The position numbers and the translations under genes are program-made. This document shows positions 15,858-20,085 of a stretch of DNA of 20,085 nucleotides, piece after piece. Below the pieces are notes generated by a model. It ran no database searches. It was not told the DNA's origin and was given only the letters and a program-made list of their open reading frames with translations. This DNA comes from Bdellovibrionota bacterium FG-2. Its GTDB lineage: Bacteria; Bdellovibrionota; UBA1018. The stretch is taken from contig JBBCAV010000015.1 of the NCBI GenBank assembly GCA_051382305.1, forward strand, positions 1 to 20,085, given 5' to 3'. How positions within the stretch are numbered: position 1 is the first letter of the stretch; the number at the start of each line of letters is the position of its first letter.

Positions 15858-17170
15858 ACAAGCTCATCGGCGGGCCGATCGAAGCGGGGGGTTTCGAGGC
15901 GATCGAAACGGCAGCCCGCCGAGAAGCGATGCGAGTAACGATGCGAGTAACGGTACGTGCCATCCAGGAGCGGCTCAACGCCGATACGACGGACCATGTT
16001 AGTCCGTTTCTACTTTGTTCCTGCGGGAAATGGGCCTGTTATTCTGGACGTCGTTCGAAGACTTTTGAAAGCGTGCTTGGATCCTTAACGCTTTCACGCG
16101 CCTATTATTATTGCGCTTCATGTGAGAGCGGATTTTGCCCGCGTGACCAACACTTAGGAATCGTGGGCGCCTCGCTCTCACCAGCGGTTTTGAGAATGGT
16201 GGGCCATGTCGGTGCTCTCGTTAGTTTTCATGAAGGGCATGAACTGCTCCACGATCTTGCCGGTGTCGATGTATCGCCACAGCAAGTTGAGCGCGAGGCA
16301 GAAAAGCTTGGACGCGAGATTGCAAATGACGAAAAAAATATCGTTGAGCCGACAGCGCCACAAGAACCATTGCCCCGCACTCTTTATCTGGGGCTCGATG
16401 GCACGGGCATCCCGATGAGAGCTATTGAACTTGAGGGACGAGCAGGGAAGCAGGACGATGGTTCGTCAAAGACCCGTGAAGTAAAACTTGTCACGGTATG
16501 GAGTGCGGAGAAGTGCGGAGAAATGCGATGAAGAGGGGGTACCCGTGCGTGACGAAGGGTCTGTCAGCTATTCTGCTGCTATCGAAAGTGCCGCATCAAA
16601 GGACACTGATAAAGAACCTTCTGAATTTGCTCAACGAGCAGTACGCGAAGCAACACGGCGTGGATTTGAAAAGGCAGAGCGACACGTAGTCCTCGGAGAT
16701 GGCGCACCTTGGATCTGGAATATCGCTACAGAACAGTTTCCTGACGCCCTTCAAATCGTTGATGGTTTTCACGCCAATGAGCATTTATCTATCCCTGCAA
16801 AAGCGATCTATGGACCCACAAGCGACCTTGGCAAGCAGTGGGCACACGCACGGTGTTCGGAGCTTAAGGCCGGAAAAATTGATGACGTCCTGGCCGCACT
16901 TGAAGTCCACGCCTCTCACGAAGAATTACGAGAGTGCAGTGAGTATATCAAAAAAAATCGGGCACGAATGCGTTACGGTGAGTTCCATGCTGGGGGAATC
17001 TGCACCTCTACTGGTGTCGTAGAATCCGGCTATAAACGCGTTATTGGCGTCCGTCTCAAGCGAGGCGGGATGTTTTGGACTGTGAGTGGCGCCAACGCAA
17101 TTATTGCACTGCGAAGCTGTAGACTGAGTGGTCGATTCGAGGACTCTCTGGGAGAGAAGGTCGTCAAAGC
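15815..17170 (+). pseudogene. ISKra4-family DDE transposase, frameshifted
   Basis: FEAIETAARR, RAYYYC, LYLGLDGTG, TREVKL, LGDGAPWIW, GVVES and RLKRGGMFW. Broken by a 10-bp duplication at 16502-16521 and a probable +1 shift near 17145. Confidence 0.88.
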
Positions 17171-17241
17171 CTGCTGCGTCAACCTGGCTGTGGAGCGGGA
17201 GCAGCCTGGGCCCCTATCTCACAAAATTGTCGTGCACCCCT

Positions 17242-18138
17242 CTAAATTGCGCAAACCGGAAGAAGTGTTGAAGTTGGCACCGCGTAGGGGGTCTCGCTTG
17301 TGATTGGGATTTCTGTAGGAATCTCAGGGGATGGCGCGGGTTGTGCTGCTGGACGAGAATTTAACCCGAGTTTTTGAGACAACCACTGCATTACGATTGG
17401 ATCCACTAGGTCTTGTGCGCCAGTGAGTTGGTGATCGAAGCCATCGAGAGGGTGGAACTCTTTGAAAATCGTGGAGGGCGCCTCTTCTAAGATGTCAAGC
17501 GAGGCTGAAAAAGGCACATTCTCGTCATCATGCGAATGGAAAAGAAGTAATGACTGGTTTGTGAAACTGACGACTGCTTCGGTATCTCTCGATTGAGGCG
17601 AAAATCCGATGACGGTCGTGACCTCAGGGATTTTGACTGCGGAATTAACAATGACGGCTCCGCCAAAAGACCAGCCCACGATGGCCATTTTTGAAACGCC
17701 GTGGCTGCGCAAAAACTGTGCTCCTGCGAGCGCATCATTAACCGACGGGTCAAGCACACCGGGTGAACGGTATTCAACGAAGATGGATTCGACGCATCCT
17801 CCGGAAAATTGGGATGAAAGTTGTGTTGCCATTCGTGTATAAATTCCATCTGCCGGCTCAATGAATCCTCCGTCAACGCCTGAGACAAAAATGATTCCTG
17901 CGCAAGGGGTTTCTGTTGCAGGACTCCACCACTGTGCATGTGCAAATTCCCCGGTTTCGTTTTCAATGGGGAGATCGATTTCACGAGCGGTGCTAAGAAT
18001 GCATTGGGGCGTCGATGCCGTGGGCGTAGGCGGCACAGGGGATGCCGTGGGAAGGGCTTGCGCGGGCTCCACTTTTCCGCATCCAGTCAGTACAATTAAA
18101 ACGATAAGAGACAGGAATCTATTTATTATAGGTCTCAT
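17242..18138 (-). CDS. Alpha/beta hydrolase lipoprotein
   Basis: Lipobox LTGC, nucleophile elbow GWSFGG, HSHDDENVP and FDH. Confidence 0.85.
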   Translation of the reverse strand: MRPIINRFLSLIVLIVLTGCGKVEPAQALPTASPVPPTPTASTPQCILSTAREIDLPIENETGEFAHAQWWSPATETPCAGIIFVSGVDGGFIEPADGIYTRMATQLSSQFSGGCVESIFVEYRSPGVLDPSVNDALAGAQFLRSHGVSKMAIVGWSFGGAVIVNSAVKIPEVTTVIGFSPQSRDTEAVVSFTNQSLLLFHSHDDENVPFSASLDILEEAPSTIFKEFHPLDGFDHQLTGAQDLVDPIVMQWLSQKLGLNSRPAAQPAPSPEIPTEIPITSETPYAVPTSTLLPVCAI

Positions 18139-19597
18139 CGCGTGTGGCAGAAGCACTTTTCGTGCCTCTTTTCATCATCACGCCATAAGTCATCCCAGAA
18201 ATCGCAAACCCCACAAACCACGCATAATGATAAAGGCTGTTAATCCAAGAGGGCATGGCGTTAGGCGTAAGTGCTCCAATTTGAGTCAAGAAACCTGGAA
18301 CGTTTGGTAAAATACCGATTATGAGAGAGAGCACAGCAAAGGGATTGATGCCGCGTATGTACCAATAGCGGCTCTCTTTTTGATAGAGTTCGGTTACGAC
18401 CAATTTTTGAGATCGGACCCAGAAGTAATCCACAATCATGATGCCGCCGATGGGGCCCAGTAGACTCGAATAAGCGATGAGCCAGGTGAAAATATAACCC
18501 TGAGGATCCGCGATAAGTTTCCAGGGAAAAATAAGAACGCCCACGATGCCGGTAATGTAACCCCCGACTCGAAAACTTATCTTGTGGGGCGCGAGATTTG
18601 AAAAATCATTGGCGGGGCTCACAATGTTTGCGGCGATGTTGGTGGCCAGTGTAGAGATTGCGACGGCGATCATCGCAAAGCTAACGAGAATGGGGGATTC
18701 GAATTTTCCGGCCAAACCCACGGGATCCCAAATGGTGTTACCAAAAATGATGGCTGTGGCACTGGTCACGACGACGCCAATGAACGCAAATAGCGTCATC
18801 GAAGTCGGAAGGCCTATGGCTTGGCCCACGATCTGAGCGCGCTGGGAGCGGGCGTAACGGGTAAAATCTGGAATGTTCAGCGAGAGCGTAGCCCAAAAGC
18901 CGACCATTCCCGTGAGGGCCGGGAAAAAGAAGGTCCAAAACTCGGAACTCGTTTGAAATTTCGATGGCTTCGCTAAGATCGGCCCTAAACCATCGGCGGC
19001 CCAGAGTGCCCAGGCGAGGAGCACAATCGCCGCAGCAGGCAGAAAAATGGCCTTAAATACGAGCAATTTTCGAATGCTCTCGACGCCCAAGTACACGACC
19101 CACATATTGAGGAGCCAAAATAAGAGAAACGTAACGGCAGGTCCGGTCTGAAGTCCCCACGATTCGGGAAACAGCGCGGGCAATTGATCAACCGCAGGAA
19201 ACCAAACCTTAAGCATTTGAAACAGGGCAAAGCCGCCGATCCAGGTTTGAATGCCAAACCATCCGCATGCGACAATCGCACGCAGCATGGCGGGGATGTT
19301 CGCTCCTCGGATTCCGAAACTGGCGCGACTCAAAACGGGAAAGGGGATGCCGTAGCGAGCGCCGGCGTGACCATTAAGGACCATGGGAAACAAAACAATG
19401 AGATTGCCCAGGAAAACGGTGACAATGGCTTGCCACCAGTTCATGCCGCCTTCGATGAGTGAGCTCGCCAGCATGTAGGTTGGGATGCAAAGACTCATAC
19501 TGATCCAGAGGGCGGCAAAGTTCCAGGTGCCCCAGTTTCGATTTTGTTCCGAAACGGGCGCAAGATCGGCGTTGGTGTATTTTTGTATTGTTTCCAT
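18119..19597 (-). CDS. NCS1 family nucleobase:cation symporter
   Basis: NADLAP, YGIPFPVLSRASFG, ACGWFGIQTW, WATLSLNIPDFTRY and NIAAN; SD GAGGGG before ATG at 19597. Confidence 0.95.
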   Translation of the reverse strand: METIQKYTNADLAPVSEQNRNWGTWNFAALWISMSLCIPTYMLASSLIEGGMNWWQAIVTVFLGNLIVLFPMVLNGHAGARYGIPFPVLSRASFGIRGANIPAMLRAIVACGWFGIQTWIGGFALFQMLKVWFPAVDQLPALFPESWGLQTGPAVTFLLFWLLNMWVVYLGVESIRKLLVFKAIFLPAAAIVLLAWALWAADGLGPILAKPSKFQTSSEFWTFFFPALTGMVGFWATLSLNIPDFTRYARSQRAQIVGQAIGLPTSMTLFAFIGVVVTSATAIIFGNTIWDPVGLAGKFESPILVSFAMIAVAISTLATNIAANIVSPANDFSNLAPHKISFRVGGYITGIVGVLIFPWKLIADPQGYIFTWLIAYSSLLGPIGGIMIVDYFWVRSQKLVVTELYQKESRYWYIRGINPFAVLSLIIGILPNVPGFLTQIGALTPNAMPSWINSLYHYAWFVGFAISGMTYGVMMKRGTKSASATRDETYNK

Positions 19598-19670
19598 TCT
19601 TGATCCCCTCAAACGTGATCACTTGGGTCTATTCGGGAGGGGGGTGGGAGGCAAGACTTAATTTGACGTT

Positions 19671-19820
19671 CTAATTTGTCTGGGCCTGTGAAGCTTGTTG
19701 TTCTTCGAGCTTCGCGCGCGCAGCGCGGATATCTGCGGGATTCCAATAATCCGGATCGTAGCCTAAGTAATCAAATCGCTCACTCACTATGAAGATGCAA
19801 TCGATGGGGCCTGTCTGAAC
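19671..19820 (-). pseudogene. 3' remnant of an unidentified gene interrupted by the ISAzo13 element
   Basis: Open frame VQTGPIDCIFIVSERFDYLGYDPDYWNPADIRAARAKLEEQQASQAQTN* starts at the IS boundary and is co-oriented with NCS1. Confidence 0.5.
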
Positions 19821-19823
19821 TAA

Positions 19824-20085
19824 GGAACTGTAACAAAATAACTGAGTGATTTTAGTTTCTTGTCGGTCGGATCGTATAATTCCAATCACCATGAAATTTG
19901 TGACGGCGCAGGTTGATCGTGGCGAATTGCGCATCGGAGATTTTGACACCCTTGGGATACTTGCCCTTATCCAACTCGCACCTGACCCGCAAGCCGCTCT
20001 TTGTCCGGGTGGAGGCGATGAGGTTTATGATGGTGGTCAAACTCGCTAGGGGTCTGCCACGCCAATTCTTGGTAATGTAAGAAAA
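19824..20085 (-). mobile_element. Right end of an ISAzo13-family IS (continues beyond the window)
   Basis: Transposase 3' end followed by TTATTTTGTTACAGTTCC and a TTA target-like triplet; boundary approximate. Confidence 0.75.
19852..20085 (-). CDS. ISAzo13-family transposase, C-terminal part
   Basis: FSYITKNWRGRPL..IINLIASTRTKSGLRV..YPKGVKISD..FHGDWNYTIRP. Confidence 0.9.
   Translation of the reverse strand, partial: FSYITKNWRGRPLASLTTIINLIASTRTKSGLRVRCELDKGKYPKGVKISDAQFATINLRRHKFHGDWNYTIRPTRN

Larger units (their letters stand above)
15346..17239 (+). mobile_element. ISKra4-family insertion sequence (decayed)
   Basis: Terminal IRs GGGTGCACGCCAA (15346-15358) and TTGTCGTGCACCC (17227-17239) match at 12/13. 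It encloses an orfA and a transposase; no target duplication is visible. Confidence 0.88.

Noticed and set aside
15330-17255. Target-site duplication around the ISKra4 element
   Set aside because: Flanks (GGTTTCACT and CTCTAAATT) do not match. Some ISKra4-family members lack duplications, so no rearrangement is claimed.
20059-20067. 9-bp match to the att core on the minus strand
   Set aside because: Lies in the conserved N-W-R codons of the ISAzo13 transposase, inverted and on the wrong side of the tRNA; a chance match
1-20085. CRISPR array, rRNA or reverse-transcriptase system
   Set aside because: No regularly spaced repeats, rRNA-like sequence or RT/Cas motifs were seen

Overview
The left ~11.9 kb is an 11,146-bp integrative element inserted at the 3' end of a tRNA-Glu(TTC) gene (11881-11956, minus strand). 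It is bounded by an 11-bp direct repeat, AAAATTGGCGT, at 730-740 and 11876-11886. It encodes a large serine recombinase (LSR), a Rep_trans-like rolling-circle initiator/relaxase, a minimal tyrosine recombinase divergent from a ribbon-helix-helix regulator, an XRE regulator heading an envelope-protein cargo operon, a possible small-terminase-like HTH protein and a candidate defence gene. No capsid or conjugation genes were recognised. The main observation is that the attachment core lies inside the LSR gene. Integrated, the protein ends in a tail read from the antisense strand of the tRNA (..KENWR-LHGDSNPGYSRERGVS*). Excised, the joined ends give a different in-frame tail (..KENWR-TEIELFRNACAEYTSAA*). 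A TCAATAC-N5-TGTATTG palindrome occurs both in the element's regulatory region and in the host tRNA promoter. Left of the element is a truncated nucleotidyltransferase gene pair. To the right are host genes (matrixin protease, two Ni/Co-transporter-like proteins, nitronate monooxygenase, alpha/beta hydrolase, NCS1 permease), a decayed ISKra4-family IS and the end of an ISAzo13-family IS. The gene style suggests a Bdellovibrionota/Oligoflexia-like host (inference only). All calls come from motif reading, without database searches.
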